This document shows, one piece after another, positions 19,921-30,259 of a stretch of 64,000 bases of DNA (the first letter of the stretch is position 1; each line of letters starts with the position of its first letter). Origin of the DNA: Candidatus Hydrogenedentota bacterium (GTDB taxonomy: Bacteria; Hydrogenedentota; Hydrogenedentia; Hydrogenedentales; SLHB01); assembly GCA_045863295.1 (NCBI GenBank), contig BTWA01000014.1, positions 64,001 to 128,000 of the forward strand. The letters run 5' to 3'. The notes below the pieces were generated by a model that made no database searches, was not told the origin of the DNA, and saw nothing but the letters and a program-made list of their open reading frames with translations. Made by a program: the position numbers and the translations under genes.

Positions 19921-21387
19921 TTGATGCGGGTAGCTTTTCTGAATCCCATGTTTGGGAAGGACTTTACAAAGTCCGCCCGGTGGTTTGCCCGTTCCCGTGG
20001 CCGCGTTCAGCGGCACCCTGATTATTTTTGCATTGCAGCGGCCACGGTGGAACACGCCGGCCACGAAATCCTGTTTCTTGATGCGCAAGCGAAGAATATG
20101 ACGACCGAAGAAGCCTTGCCGCGTCTGCAGACGTTTCATCCTGATATGGTGGTTTACCAGACCACGACTCCCTCTATTTATGCCGACATTGAATCAGCCC
20201 GCCTGTGCAAGGAGAAACTAGGCGGGCTGCACGTTATGATTGGTCCGCACGTGACGGCCGAGCCTGAAGACACGCTCAAGGCCGCCGATGGCGCCGTGGA
20301 TGCCGTTGCCATAGCGGAGTATGATTACACGTTGCGCGACCTCGCCAATGGCGTTGCCGTCAAGGATTGCGAAGGCGTCGCCTGGATGGACGGCGGCCGC
20401 TACGTCCGGAATGCCGACCGGCCGTATATAGAGAATCTCGATGAGCTTCCATTTCCCGCGTGGAAGCATATTGACATCGAAGACTACCACGACTTTGGCA
20501 AACTTTTCCCCTTTCTCACGCTCATCAGTGGCCGGGGATGCCGGGCCAAGTGTACCTACTGCCAGCTGCCCCAAGTGATGAATGGCCACAGCTACCGCAC
20601 GCGCAGTGTGGAGAACGTAGTCGACGAAATGGAATACGACAAGCGGCTCTTTCCCAACTTGAAAGAGATCATGTTTGAGGACGACACGCTGACCATGCGC
20701 AGCCATCAGGATCGAATGGTGGCACTCTGCGAAGAGATGATCCGGCGCAATGTTGGTATTTCATGGAGCGCCAATGCGCGGGTCGATGTGAACGATCTCG
20801 ACGTATTGAAGATTATGAAGCGCGCGGGGTGCCGCTGGCTTTGTGTCGGGTTTGAATTTGGCGATCAAGAAGTCCTGAATCGCGTAAAGAAGGGCGCCAC
20901 GGTCAAGCAGATGCACACCTTCGCCGAGAATGCGCACAAGGCGGGAATCCGCGTGCATGGCTGTTTCATGTTTGGAGGCCCAGGTGAGACTGTGGATACA
21001 TGCCGCAAGACCATCGACATGTCTTTAAAATTGCCCATCGACACGGCGCAATTTACGGCGGTGGTGGCCTATCCGGGTACGACGTATTATCAGTGGGCCA
21101 AAGAGAGCGGATTTCTGAAACAGCGCAACTGGCGGGATTGGGTGGACAAGGATTTCGAGCAACAATCCACGCAGGAGTTTCCCGGGCTGGGGACGAACGA
21201 GATTAATTCCTTTATCGACGAAGGGTTGAAGCGATTCTATTTGCGCCCCGCGCAGATGTGGCGAATGGCACGCAACATGCAGAATATGGCAGATGTCCGG
21301 GCTAAATTGCATGGGTTCAAGAGTTTTGTTGACTACTTTGTAGGCAAAGACAAGAAGCCCTTTGTTGGGGCGGTGGGGAACAACTGA
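19921..21387 (+). CDS. Cobalamin-binding radical SAM protein (HpnJ/BchE-like group)
   Basis: N-terminal B12-binding Rossmann domain (MIGPHVT, LDELPFPAW), RGCRAKCTYC, VGFEFG and YPGT motifs. Confidence 0.88.
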   Translation: MMRVAFLNPMFGKDFTKSARWFARSRGRVQRHPDYFCIAAATVEHAGHEILFLDAQAKNMTTEEALPRLQTFHPDMVVYQTTTPSIYADIESARLCKEKLGGLHVMIGPHVTAEPEDTLKAADGAVDAVAIAEYDYTLRDLANGVAVKDCEGVAWMDGGRYVRNADRPYIENLDELPFPAWKHIDIEDYHDFGKLFPFLTLISGRGCRAKCTYCQLPQVMNGHSYRTRSVENVVDEMEYDKRLFPNLKEIMFEDDTLTMRSHQDRMVALCEEMIRRNVGISWSANARVDVNDLDVLKIMKRAGCRWLCVGFEFGDQEVLNRVKKGATVKQMHTFAENAHKAGIRVHGCFMFGGPGETVDTCRKTIDMSLKLPIDTAQFTAVVAYPGTTYYQWAKESGFLKQRNWRDWVDKDFEQQSTQEFPGLGTNEINSFIDEGLKRFYLRPAQMWRMARNMQNMADVRAKLHGFKSFVDYFVGKDKKPFVGAVGNN

Positions 21388-21819
21388 ATGACGTGCCGAA
21401 GTCTGTTGATTGCTTTAGTGCTGGGATTGGTGTTGCCGGGATGCCTTTCGATGCGGCCCGCGACGCAGTTCGAGGATCCCAACGGAAACACCAAGTTACA
21501 CGTGTACTACGCAAGGCATCATTTGTCTGCAACACCGACCGACATTCAGGTGTACATCGATGGGCGGACCTATGCGGACCGCCGGTTCAGCATGCAATCG
21601 GGGCAACAGGATCAGATGTGGCGGTTCTCGCTTGCCGATGGACCGCACACGATTCGTTGCACGTCCAAGAAGGCCAACAAAGAATTGACCCAGAATTTCG
21701 AAGTGAAGGGGCGGTGCTTTATTGTCGTCACTTTTGTCTCCAGAACACAGGAAGGTGACGCCGCATTCCAAATATTCACTTCGGACGAACCCATTCCCGT
21801 GCCCCCGCCGGGAGTGTAG
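21388..21819 (+). CDS. Small hypothetical lipoprotein
   Basis: Hydrophobic stretch ending LVLPGC; ATG immediately follows the upstream stop. Confidence 0.6.
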   Translation: MTCRSLLIALVLGLVLPGCLSMRPATQFEDPNGNTKLHVYYARHHLSATPTDIQVYIDGRTYADRRFSMQSGQQDQMWRFSLADGPHTIRCTSKKANKELTQNFEVKGRCFIVVTFVSRTQEGDAAFQIFTSDEPIPVPPPGV

Positions 21820-21827
21820 GAGCATTC

Positions 21828-22961
21828 ATGGCACACGTGCCCGTCGACAAAACACCATGGACGTCGCGATCCGTCGCGCCCGACGGTAAGGTCATCCGCG
21901 TCGGTGACGAAGCCAAGAAGAACGTATTCGACAATCTGGATAGCCGAATACTTACACACTGGCACGAAGCGAAAATGATTAAAGACGGCCAGATGCCTCC
22001 GCCGCGAACGGCCATTGTTTATCCGACGTACGTGTGCAATCAGGATTGCCTTTGGTGCGAGTACAATGCGGAGAACACGAACAAGCAATTGGATCGCGTG
22101 ATGTCCGCGGAGAATTTGCGCAAGCTGATCTGGGACTTGCGGGATCTTGGCGTCAAGGGCATCGAATTCTGTGGTGGCGGCGAGCCTACCTTGCATCCCG
22201 CGCTGCCTGCCCTGATACGGGAAATGAAGGCGGACGGCCTCAGCATAGGCTTGCTGACCAATGGAACCAAACTCTATGGCGAACTGGCAGACGCCCTGGT
22301 GGATTGCGCCAGTTACGTTCGCGTCGGATTTGACGGGGCGACCCCCGAAACCGCCAATGCCGTGAAGCGTCCGCGCACGCCTGAGGCGCGATTCGAGCGA
22401 GTCTGCCAAAACATAAAGGCAATGGTGCAAGACCGGAACAGCAAGGGTACGGATGCGAAGATCAGCATCAAGGTGGTGCTCGATCAGAACAACTATCACG
22501 AAATAGAGCCATGCGTACAACTCGCACTTGATATGGGCGTGGACAGTATCCAGTTTAAGGCCGCGCGGTTGTGTCCTTCCGAGTTGACCGACGCCGAGAG
22601 CGATCGGGCAAACGCCATGATCGATCATTGCAAGTCTGCTTACCCTTCGATGATCGTGGTTGGCGGCACCGCCAAGATCAATATGCACACTCATTGCTGG
22701 CTCACGCCTTTGCAGGTTACCGTGGATACGATGGGCGATGTGTATTTATGCTGCTATTACCGGCATCGCAAGGAATCCCACACGATTGGCAACTGCTTTG
22801 AAACGCCGCTCAAAGACTTGTGGTACAGCGACGACCATTGGACTGCCATCAATGGCATCAAAGCGCATGAGTGCAACAACCTCGATTGCCGATTTGTGCG
22901 GTACAACCAGATCATGGACGAAGTCATGGGGTCGAGTGACGCTCAATTCGAGTTCATCTGA
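21828..22961 (+). CDS. Radical SAM protein with SPASM/twitch domain
   Basis: CNQDCLWC, GGGEPTLHP, LLTNG, and C-terminal HCW..GDVYLCC..IGN..ECNNLDC. AGGAG RBS. Confidence 0.9.
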   Translation: MAHVPVDKTPWTSRSVAPDGKVIRVGDEAKKNVFDNLDSRILTHWHEAKMIKDGQMPPPRTAIVYPTYVCNQDCLWCEYNAENTNKQLDRVMSAENLRKLIWDLRDLGVKGIEFCGGGEPTLHPALPALIREMKADGLSIGLLTNGTKLYGELADALVDCASYVRVGFDGATPETANAVKRPRTPEARFERVCQNIKAMVQDRNSKGTDAKISIKVVLDQNNYHEIEPCVQLALDMGVDSIQFKAARLCPSELTDAESDRANAMIDHCKSAYPSMIVVGGTAKINMHTHCWLTPLQVTVDTMGDVYLCCYYRHRKESHTIGNCFETPLKDLWYSDDHWTAINGIKAHECNNLDCRFVRYNQIMDEVMGSSDAQFEFI

Positions 22962-22963
22962 AA

Positions 22964-24373
22964 ATGAAAGTCTTGTTGCTCAATCCGCCAGGACCTTTTT
23001 GCAGAGCCGGATCCCGCTGGCCGCACAAGCGTAAATTGCGTGCCACAGGAATTGATTATCATCCCTTTCCCTTTCAACTGGCCTATGCGGCATCTCGCCT
23101 TCGCGAACAAGGGCACGAGGTCCGTATTCTGGACTGTATTGCGTTGTCCATGCCTCTGGACGAGTTGGAATCTGAAACCGCGGTTTTCAATCCCGATGTG
23201 CTCTTTATGGAAACGAGCGCGCCCAGTTGGTCCTGGGACCTGGCGACCCTGCGGGCCCTTAAGAAGCCCGTAATTGCGGGCGGCGCGCATGCCACGGCAA
23301 CGCCAAGGGAGCACCTGGACGCAGGATTCGCCGCGGTTATTAAGGGAGAGTACGATCAGTTTCTGGGAGCGGCATTGTCTTTGACACCGCAGCCTTGGCT
23401 CGCGCTCCCCGGTCATGATGCGGAATCCTACGCGCCGCTGATCAGTGACTTGGATGCAATACCCTATCCGGCGTGGGATCTCATGCCCATGCACAAATAC
23501 AATGACCCGTTCTGCAAGGGCACTACGGTTACGGTGTTGACGTCGCGCGGTTGTCCGTGGAATTGCGGTTTTTGCACGATTGCGCCATTCGAGGGGAAGC
23601 GAAACTATCGCCGGCGCGATCCCAAGGCCGTTTGCGATGAGATTGCGGTCCTTATTGAGCGTTACAAACCGGACGAAATCTACTTCGACGACGATACAAT
23701 TACGATCAACCGGAAGCATATTCTTGCCCTATGTGACGAATATAAGTCGCGAAATTTCGGCCTTCCCTTCAGTTGCATGGGCAATGCAGTCATCGATCGC
23801 GAAGTCGTCTTTGCCATGGCTGATGCCGGATGCCGTGCCATAAAGTTCGGCGTGGAGAGTGCCGATCCCGAAGTGTTGCGGCGGATTCCAAAAGACCAGG
23901 ATCCAGGGGAAGTGGCGCGCACGGTGCGGGACTGCAACGAAGCGGGCATTCAGTGCCACGCCAATTTCCTTCTGGGTCTTGCCGGTGAAACGAGGGAGAG
24001 CGCGCGGCGAACTATCGAGTTCGCCCTCAACCTTGGCACGCAGACGCTTCAGTTTGCCATCGCGACCCCGTATCCGGGGACGGCCTTTTACGACGAGGCC
24101 AAGCGCAACGGTTGGCTGACCAAGGAGAGTTGGATGCAGTTCAACCCCAGCGGCGAGGCAGTCCTGTCGTATCCCGATTACTCCGCCGATGACATTGCGG
24201 CCATGCATGCGTATGCGTGGAACCGCTGGCGCCGCCACATGTTATTGCACCGGCCGCAAACCATTGTGCATCACTTTGGCAACGCCTTCCGACGCGAAGG
24301 AGTGTCCGGCATGGTGCGCTTGGGCGCCTACGGCGCATCGCGCCTCTTCAGCGCCCTCGGAGCCCACGCGTGA
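22964..24373 (+). CDS. Cobalamin-binding radical SAM protein
   Basis: MKVLLLNPP, GGAHAT, SRGCPWNCGFC, FGVES and PYPGT motifs. Confidence 0.9.
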   Translation: MKVLLLNPPGPFCRAGSRWPHKRKLRATGIDYHPFPFQLAYAASRLREQGHEVRILDCIALSMPLDELESETAVFNPDVLFMETSAPSWSWDLATLRALKKPVIAGGAHATATPREHLDAGFAAVIKGEYDQFLGAALSLTPQPWLALPGHDAESYAPLISDLDAIPYPAWDLMPMHKYNDPFCKGTTVTVLTSRGCPWNCGFCTIAPFEGKRNYRRRDPKAVCDEIAVLIERYKPDEIYFDDDTITINRKHILALCDEYKSRNFGLPFSCMGNAVIDREVVFAMADAGCRAIKFGVESADPEVLRRIPKDQDPGEVARTVRDCNEAGIQCHANFLLGLAGETRESARRTIEFALNLGTQTLQFAIATPYPGTAFYDEAKRNGWLTKESWMQFNPSGEAVLSYPDYSADDIAAMHAYAWNRWRRHMLLHRPQTIVHHFGNAFRREGVSGMVRLGAYGASRLFSALGAHA

Positions 24374-25662
24374 AGATCGCCCTCATCAACCCCACCATGC
24401 CCGCCTCCTTGAAAAAGGAGAACTTGGGCCTCGCATATCTTGCCGCCACGTTGGAGCAGGATGGCCACAAAGTCCGGGTGATTGATGAAATCGCGGGCCA
24501 CAAAGTGGAACCCAGTCTCGAAGAATTCAAACCCGATATCGCGGGATTGTCCTTCATGACCATGTACGCGCCCCGTGCGTATCAATTGTCAAAGCTTATC
24601 AAAAAGCGCTGGGGCATCCCCGTCATCATGGGCGGCACCCATCCGTCGGTGTTACCCGAAGAGGCCATTCAACACGGCGATTGCGTCATTCGCGGCGAAG
24701 CCGAATGGAGTTTTCCCAAAGCCATTACCGAAGGTAAACTCGAAGGCATCATTGAGCAAGAGGCACCGCCCGATCTCGACGCCCTCCCGTGGCCCGCGCG
24801 CGACAAGGTGCCCCTCGATGTCTACGCGACAGCGGGGGAGGAGATCTGCGGGGTGAACTACCGCGCCCTCGGCGTCATCACGAGCCGCGGTTGCCCCTTC
24901 CGCTGCGAGTATTGCATCAACTCCCGGCGCGAAACCCAGCTGCGTTATCACGGTGCCGACCGCGTCATTGAAGAGATAAAATTCCTCAGCGATCGCTACA
25001 ACATTCAAAGCATTGCGTTTTACGACGAACTCATGGCCACGCACATCGATCGCTTCCGCGAGATCTGCGAACGCCTCATCGATACCGGTCTGAATAAATT
25101 GAAGTGGGAATGCCAGATTCACGCCCGCCGTATCCGGCCCGATCTGGTTCCCCTCATGAAGCGGGCCGGCTGCATCCAGGTCAATATCGGCTTTGAAAGC
25201 GGCAGCCAACGCATGCTCGATCGCATGCAAAAGGACTGCTCCGTTGAGATCAACGAACGGGCCGCGGCCCTCCTGCGCGAAGGCGGCATCCGCGTGCGCG
25301 GCAGTTTCATCATCGGCACGCCCGGCGAAACCATGGCCGATGTGATGGAAACTGAAAAATTCATCAAGCGTGCGCAGATTGACTTCGCGTCCATCCACTA
25401 CCTCACGCCTTATCCCGGCACCGCGCTCTACGACGAATTCAAAAAAGACATCCATGCCGCCAACATTGGCTGGGAAAAGTTCACCGCCGGCGATCCCGAC
25501 ACCTTCAACTGCAACCCCGCCATGTCACCCGCGCAGCAGAAGAAAATGTTCCTCCGCCTCAGCGCCCGGTCCGCCCTGCGCAACTACCCCCTCACCGAAA
25601 TGGTCCGCCTCGCCATGCGCAATCCACGCCACGCCATGCGCACCGTCGCTAATTTGTTCTAG
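24370..25662 (+). CDS. Cobalamin-binding radical SAM protein
   Basis: GTG start in a GTGA overlap (MKIALINP). LGLAYLAA, GGTHPS, SRGCPFRCEYC and GFESGS motifs. Confidence 0.9.
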   Translation: MKIALINPTMPASLKKENLGLAYLAATLEQDGHKVRVIDEIAGHKVEPSLEEFKPDIAGLSFMTMYAPRAYQLSKLIKKRWGIPVIMGGTHPSVLPEEAIQHGDCVIRGEAEWSFPKAITEGKLEGIIEQEAPPDLDALPWPARDKVPLDVYATAGEEICGVNYRALGVITSRGCPFRCEYCINSRRETQLRYHGADRVIEEIKFLSDRYNIQSIAFYDELMATHIDRFREICERLIDTGLNKLKWECQIHARRIRPDLVPLMKRAGCIQVNIGFESGSQRMLDRMQKDCSVEINERAAALLREGGIRVRGSFIIGTPGETMADVMETEKFIKRAQIDFASIHYLTPYPGTALYDEFKKDIHAANIGWEKFTAGDPDTFNCNPAMSPAQQKKMFLRLSARSALRNYPLTEMVRLAMRNPRHAMRTVANLF

Positions 25663-28055
25663 TTTTTCTGTGACTGCAATTTGATATGTTCGCGCCACTG
25701 GGAGAGGTCATACCAATCTCCGCTACTCGGGTCCGGCGCGAAGTTGGGCACTATATCCTTGACCAGCCTCGGCGGCAGTTCCGGCTTGTCCATGACCCAG
25801 AGTTCATGGCCATTGCCCATGCGGGGCGAGCTGAAGAATAGTTTGCCCTCATAAACGGTAAGCTCTTGTGGATGCCAACCCAATTCGGGCACCAGATCCA
25901 GGGGTTGCGTCGGTATGCGCGTGAAACCAGGAATTGCATACGACACAATGTCGTACCCCTCGGGTGATCCCATGATGACATTGGTGATCACATCACCCCA
26001 CACCGTGATGTCGCGGGGAACGCTGCCCAGGGGCTTGTAGCGATGGTCTGCCACCACCTGTGTGCCACCCGTCGTCCCATCCGTCCGCCAAAGTTCTACC
26101 CCCATATTCAGATTCTCGGCGCGAAAGACGACGCCTCCCGGTGTATTCGTAAAGGCTGTTGGACTGGAACTGCCCGGTCCAGGGAAGATATCCGCCAGCA
26201 TCCCAAACGAACCGGTAGCATGCTCGTAACACCACAGCTCATACCCACAACCGGGCGTATAGCCGGCGAAGAAGATGAACCGGGAGGTCTCAAGCCAGTC
26301 TTCCGGACCAAGCGGCGTTGGGCGTACGGATTCCCAGGTTTCAGCGTCCACCAATTCAATCAGCGGACACACCTGTTCTGTGCGCGGCCACTGATCGACA
26401 GGCGCCAGACGGTGTTCATCGTGCAGATATTCATAGGTCTGCCCTTCAGCCGTCTGAATGTACAGACGGGTATCAATACTGTCCATTTGCAAGGCATCCC
26501 GTATTCGCTCTGCCTCCTCTGGCGGAAGGACGTTTACCGTATTTGATTCCAGCCCATCGGTGCACCAAAGGGATTGCCGGCCGGTCCGGTCGGTGGCTAT
26601 GAAGTACAGCTTTCCCCGGTTCGGTGTTAGCAACGCGGGGAACGAAGATCCAATCGACCTTATGTTGGGCCGCACCCGTGCGACAAGCTCCGTGCCGTCT
26701 GTCGTGCCGTCGGTTTTCCACAGTTCGCGTCCGTATGCTGCATGGGTTGCGCCAAAGTAGACGGCGCCATTGGCAAGAGTGAGATCGTAGGGTTCGGAGG
26801 ATTCGCGCCCGGGATTGATGTCCTTGACCAGCACCGTGCCATCCGCTGTGCCGTCTGTCCGCCACAGCTCCTCGCCGAATTCGGGATTGCTGCAACTGAA
26901 CAAGACCCAATCCTTGAATGCTATCAGTTGATACGGGCGCGAGTCCGCGGGGCCCGGTATTAAATCACGCAGTAGCTGGGTGCCGTCTTCGGTGCCATCG
27001 CTGACCCAGATCTCACTTCCGTTGTCGGCGGTCTGCGCGGTAAATACGACTCGATTGCCAACCCCGCAAATTTGATAAGGGGCCGAATCGGCGGGCCCTG
27101 GATTGATGTCTTTGACGAAACGCGGTCCATCTTGCATGCCGTCGGTGCACCAGAGTTCGACACCGGCCGATTCCGTGCGCAGTGCCATGAATAGGTGCGC
27201 ATCGCTTATCCCATACTGTATGGTGCGACCGGGTACGCTATAGACATTTTCTAGCGTTAGTATCGTGCCTTCCGAGGTGCCATCGGATGCATAGATGTCA
27301 AAGCGCTCCTTTTCACCTGTCATCACCAAGAAATAAAACTGCCCCTTGAATACCGGCCCCCAATAGATTGGACGGGAAAAGGAGACGGCCGCGCCGCTAG
27401 CCGACAGAACCGGCTTGGTCGTATCCGGAGTGCCATCGGATTGATACAACAACATTTCCGATTCGGATACGCGGGCGAAAAAAAACAACCGATCGCCGAG
27501 CAAGTAGGGGACAGTCATCTGAGGGACGGCACTGGAAGGACCCGCATAAATGTCCGCCAACAGCGTCAATTCGCCGCCGCCTTTTTCCATCGCCCACATT
27601 TCCCATCCGGTTTCCTGGGTGTCGAGGGTAACAAAACAGGCCTTGCCCGTTTCCCACGCCCACAGAACACTTGCGCCGCCCATGCTGACGTCGTGCCGGC
27701 GCGGCCGGTGATCCGTTTCCCCGATCTGCCAGACACACTTCGGCATGACCAAATCGTTGAAACGGTGCGGCGCCGCGAACACCAACATCGATCCAACGCC
27801 ATAGACCCCTTGGTAGTCACCGTCCGCGGATCCCGGCGCTTCATCCAGAGCCAGTGTCAGTCGGTCCGATGGATCCAGCCGCCACAACTCCCGCCCGTGG
27901 ATGCCATCGTCGGCCATAAAATACAGCCCGTGACCCGTCGCGCGAAGCGTGTCAGGACTGGATCCGTTGATGTCAAACGGGAGCGACACAATGTCGGTCT
28001 GTGCCATGAATGAGGTCAACAGCATCATGGCCGTCAGGACTGGATGCCCCATCAT
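25659..28055 (-). CDS. Secreted ELWxxDGT-repeat beta-propeller protein
   Basis: Many GxELWxTDGTxxGT..VKDINPG repeats. Start at ATGA overlap with the kinase stop. Signal-like N-terminus. Confidence 0.9.
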   Translation of the reverse strand: MMGHPVLTAMMLLTSFMAQTDIVSLPFDINGSSPDTLRATGHGLYFMADDGIHGRELWRLDPSDRLTLALDEAPGSADGDYQGVYGVGSMLVFAAPHRFNDLVMPKCVWQIGETDHRPRRHDVSMGGASVLWAWETGKACFVTLDTQETGWEMWAMEKGGGELTLLADIYAGPSSAVPQMTVPYLLGDRLFFFARVSESEMLLYQSDGTPDTTKPVLSASGAAVSFSRPIYWGPVFKGQFYFLVMTGEKERFDIYASDGTSEGTILTLENVYSVPGRTIQYGISDAHLFMALRTESAGVELWCTDGMQDGPRFVKDINPGPADSAPYQICGVGNRVVFTAQTADNGSEIWVSDGTEDGTQLLRDLIPGPADSRPYQLIAFKDWVLFSCSNPEFGEELWRTDGTADGTVLVKDINPGRESSEPYDLTLANGAVYFGATHAAYGRELWKTDGTTDGTELVARVRPNIRSIGSSFPALLTPNRGKLYFIATDRTGRQSLWCTDGLESNTVNVLPPEEAERIRDALQMDSIDTRLYIQTAEGQTYEYLHDEHRLAPVDQWPRTEQVCPLIELVDAETWESVRPTPLGPEDWLETSRFIFFAGYTPGCGYELWCYEHATGSFGMLADIFPGPGSSSPTAFTNTPGGVVFRAENLNMGVELWRTDGTTGGTQVVADHRYKPLGSVPRDITVWGDVITNVIMGSPEGYDIVSYAIPGFTRIPTQPLDLVPELGWHPQELTVYEGKLFFSSPRMGNGHELWVMDKPELPPRLVKDIVPNFAPDPSSGDWYDLSQWREHIKLQSQKN

Positions 28056-30259
28056 GTCTGGGCCGCAACAGTCTGACCGGACACACCGGATACTCTGGAC
28101 AGCAGACCGTGCCACGGCTCATGCAAGTTGGGCCATCCCCAAACCGCGATCGACGGGCCGCTGGCCGGTTCGGACGCTGTAATTTGCGCGTTCACCCTCA
28201 CAAAGTGAGGGACGAACGCCGCCGTGCCATCGCCGATCTGTGTCCACGGGAGGCGCAACTCCAGCGTCAAGCGCCCCGCTTCCTCGTGCCAGGCCTGATC
28301 CAACGGTTCCTCCAGCACAATTGACCGTCCGCGCGCCACACGCTGCACCACTGCGCGATCCGGCGTGATCTCCACGACAGCATACGGCGAATTCACGATC
28401 GGCACGCTACTCAGGGCAAGCACGGCGAACCGGCATCGCCATCCGCGACTCTCCGGCACTTCCGCGTCTAAGGCCAGATATAAACCTTCTTCACTGCTTC
28501 GTGCATGCAAGGTGCCTTGACCCGCCGGCCAAGCGTCGATCGAAGACGCCGGCCAGGCGTCCTCGTCCGGCACGCCATCCACATGAATCGTGGCATCGCC
28601 CAAGCCCAAGGCGTCCACACGGCCGCCGGCAAGCGCCGGCACGAAATGATCGAATGCAGTCACCGCCTCTGGATTGCGCGCCGACAACTCCTGGTAGATG
28701 ATGGACGCAATCCCGGGCGCGGCCTCCAGCGCGGCCAGGAAGGCCGTATCGGTCACAGTGGAGTCGGCAGGCGTCAGCAGAAGCGCATCGATCAACGGTG
28801 TGGGCGTTGTGCTTCCATCCAATGTCAACGACAGCAACACCGGATTCTCGAAATTGGGCGCCTCGTCTGCCGTACCGCGTATGTTGCCCCACCGAAACCC
28901 GCCGTTGCTGCCGGCCACATACGCGCCCCAATGGCCCGTCAGGGTCATTGTTCCGCTTGCGGAGGGCCGCAGGTCGCCCACCCATGCAGCGAAATCCGAG
29001 TACGCAATGAGGTGGTAACTCGATACGACCGGATCGTGTTCGACAAGGATATGCCATTTCGCTGCCGGATCCATCTGGCTGTGGCCCCGCCGGATCTCCC
29101 GGTGGTTGGACATGGCGTCCCGCGTGGACGCCAAGATCGCCTCGGCCGTGGGAATGGTGTGCTGTAGCACCTGCTGCGAGGGGATGGCCTTTTTTACGGT
29201 CATCGAGTCACTTGAGTTCACCTCGTTCCGCATGGACCAGCCGGCGGTGCCGGCCGCCGCCAATCCAGCTACGATGGCTACGCCTGCAAAGATCTGCCGT
29301 ATGAGCCGGCCCTTGTTCGGCTGCTGTACGGTGCTGGGCCAGTTTCGAAACGAAGGCGCCGAGGCTGCGCTTGCCGCTTCTCGATCCAGCGGTATGGTTT
29401 CAAGGCTGAATTCCGGTTCCTGGGTCATTTCCGGGCAGGTTGCGAGGATATCCAGGCAAGCTGCGGCGGTCGGCAGTCGCTTCGTTGCATCTCGCATGGT
29501 CATGGCATCGATCAATTCCGCCATAGTGTGCGAAACGTGGTCGACCGTGCCCGCGATAGGCGGCATGGGATTTTGTACGAGGGTGAGAATAAACTGGTAT
29601 GGGTTGCCGCTGGTAATTGGAATGGGGCCTACCACGGCCTCGCGCGCCACCATCCCCAGTGCGTAAATGTCGAATTGCGGTGTCGGCGTCTGCGATTCGA
29701 ACGCCTCTGGGCACATGTATTGCGGGGTACCCGCGAACATGACCGTAGAGTCTCTCTCCCGAAGTACCGTTTCCCATGCGCCATCGGTTAGCCGTGAGAT
29801 ACCAAAATCACTTAATTTGACCACGCCGTACGTGTCAAAAAGAAGGTTGCTCGGCTTTACGTCACAATGGATGACGGAGGCTTCGTGGCAGCATTTAAGT
29901 GCCCCCAACACCGATCGGAGTATCTGGGCGAGCCATGCTGGCGAAACGCCGTGGGTCAGGGCCGCGCGAAAAGAGCCCCCCGCCAGATACGGCATATCAA
30001 TCAGGAATTGACCTTCTACCTGGTCCAGCGAATTGATGTGGACAATATTGGGGTGGCTCAACGCCGCGATTGCGCGTGCTTCTTTCTGAAACGCCCGCAT
30101 GGCTTTGGGGTCGGAGGTCAGCCCTGGCCGTAGCATCTTGAGCGCGACTTCTCGGTCCAGGCTGGTGTCAATGGCGAGGTACACCACGCCCATGCCACCA
30201 TGGCCCAGTTCACGCACTATCTTGTACTTGCCACCGGCAAACTCAGGGTACACTGCCAT
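28052..30259 (-). CDS. Hanks-type membrane Ser/Thr kinase with extracytoplasmic C-terminal CBM9/DOMON-like domain
   Basis: GHGGMGVVY, VALK, HCDVKPSN, DFG and GTPQYMCPE motifs. TM helix IFAGVAIVAGLAAAGTAGW. C-terminal IHVDGVPDEDAW..GLYLA..LELRLPW. Confidence 0.88.
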   Translation of the reverse strand: MAVYPEFAGGKYKIVRELGHGGMGVVYLAIDTSLDREVALKMLRPGLTSDPKAMRAFQKEARAIAALSHPNIVHINSLDQVEGQFLIDMPYLAGGSFRAALTHGVSPAWLAQILRSVLGALKCCHEASVIHCDVKPSNLLFDTYGVVKLSDFGISRLTDGAWETVLRERDSTVMFAGTPQYMCPEAFESQTPTPQFDIYALGMVAREAVVGPIPITSGNPYQFILTLVQNPMPPIAGTVDHVSHTMAELIDAMTMRDATKRLPTAAACLDILATCPEMTQEPEFSLETIPLDREAASAASAPSFRNWPSTVQQPNKGRLIRQIFAGVAIVAGLAAAGTAGWSMRNEVNSSDSMTVKKAIPSQQVLQHTIPTAEAILASTRDAMSNHREIRRGHSQMDPAAKWHILVEHDPVVSSYHLIAYSDFAAWVGDLRPSASGTMTLTGHWGAYVAGSNGGFRWGNIRGTADEAPNFENPVLLSLTLDGSTTPTPLIDALLLTPADSTVTDTAFLAALEAAPGIASIIYQELSARNPEAVTAFDHFVPALAGGRVDALGLGDATIHVDGVPDEDAWPASSIDAWPAGQGTLHARSSEEGLYLALDAEVPESRGWRCRFAVLALSSVPIVNSPYAVVEITPDRAVVQRVARGRSIVLEEPLDQAWHEEAGRLTLELRLPWTQIGDGTAAFVPHFVRVNAQITASEPASGPSIAVWGWPNLHEPWHGLLSRVSGVSGQTVAAQT

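Noticed and set aside
19921..25662. RiPP cluster or canonical hopanoid (hpn) cluster
   Set aside because: No precursor peptide, RRE, peptidase or transporter; no shc or other hpn genes in the window.
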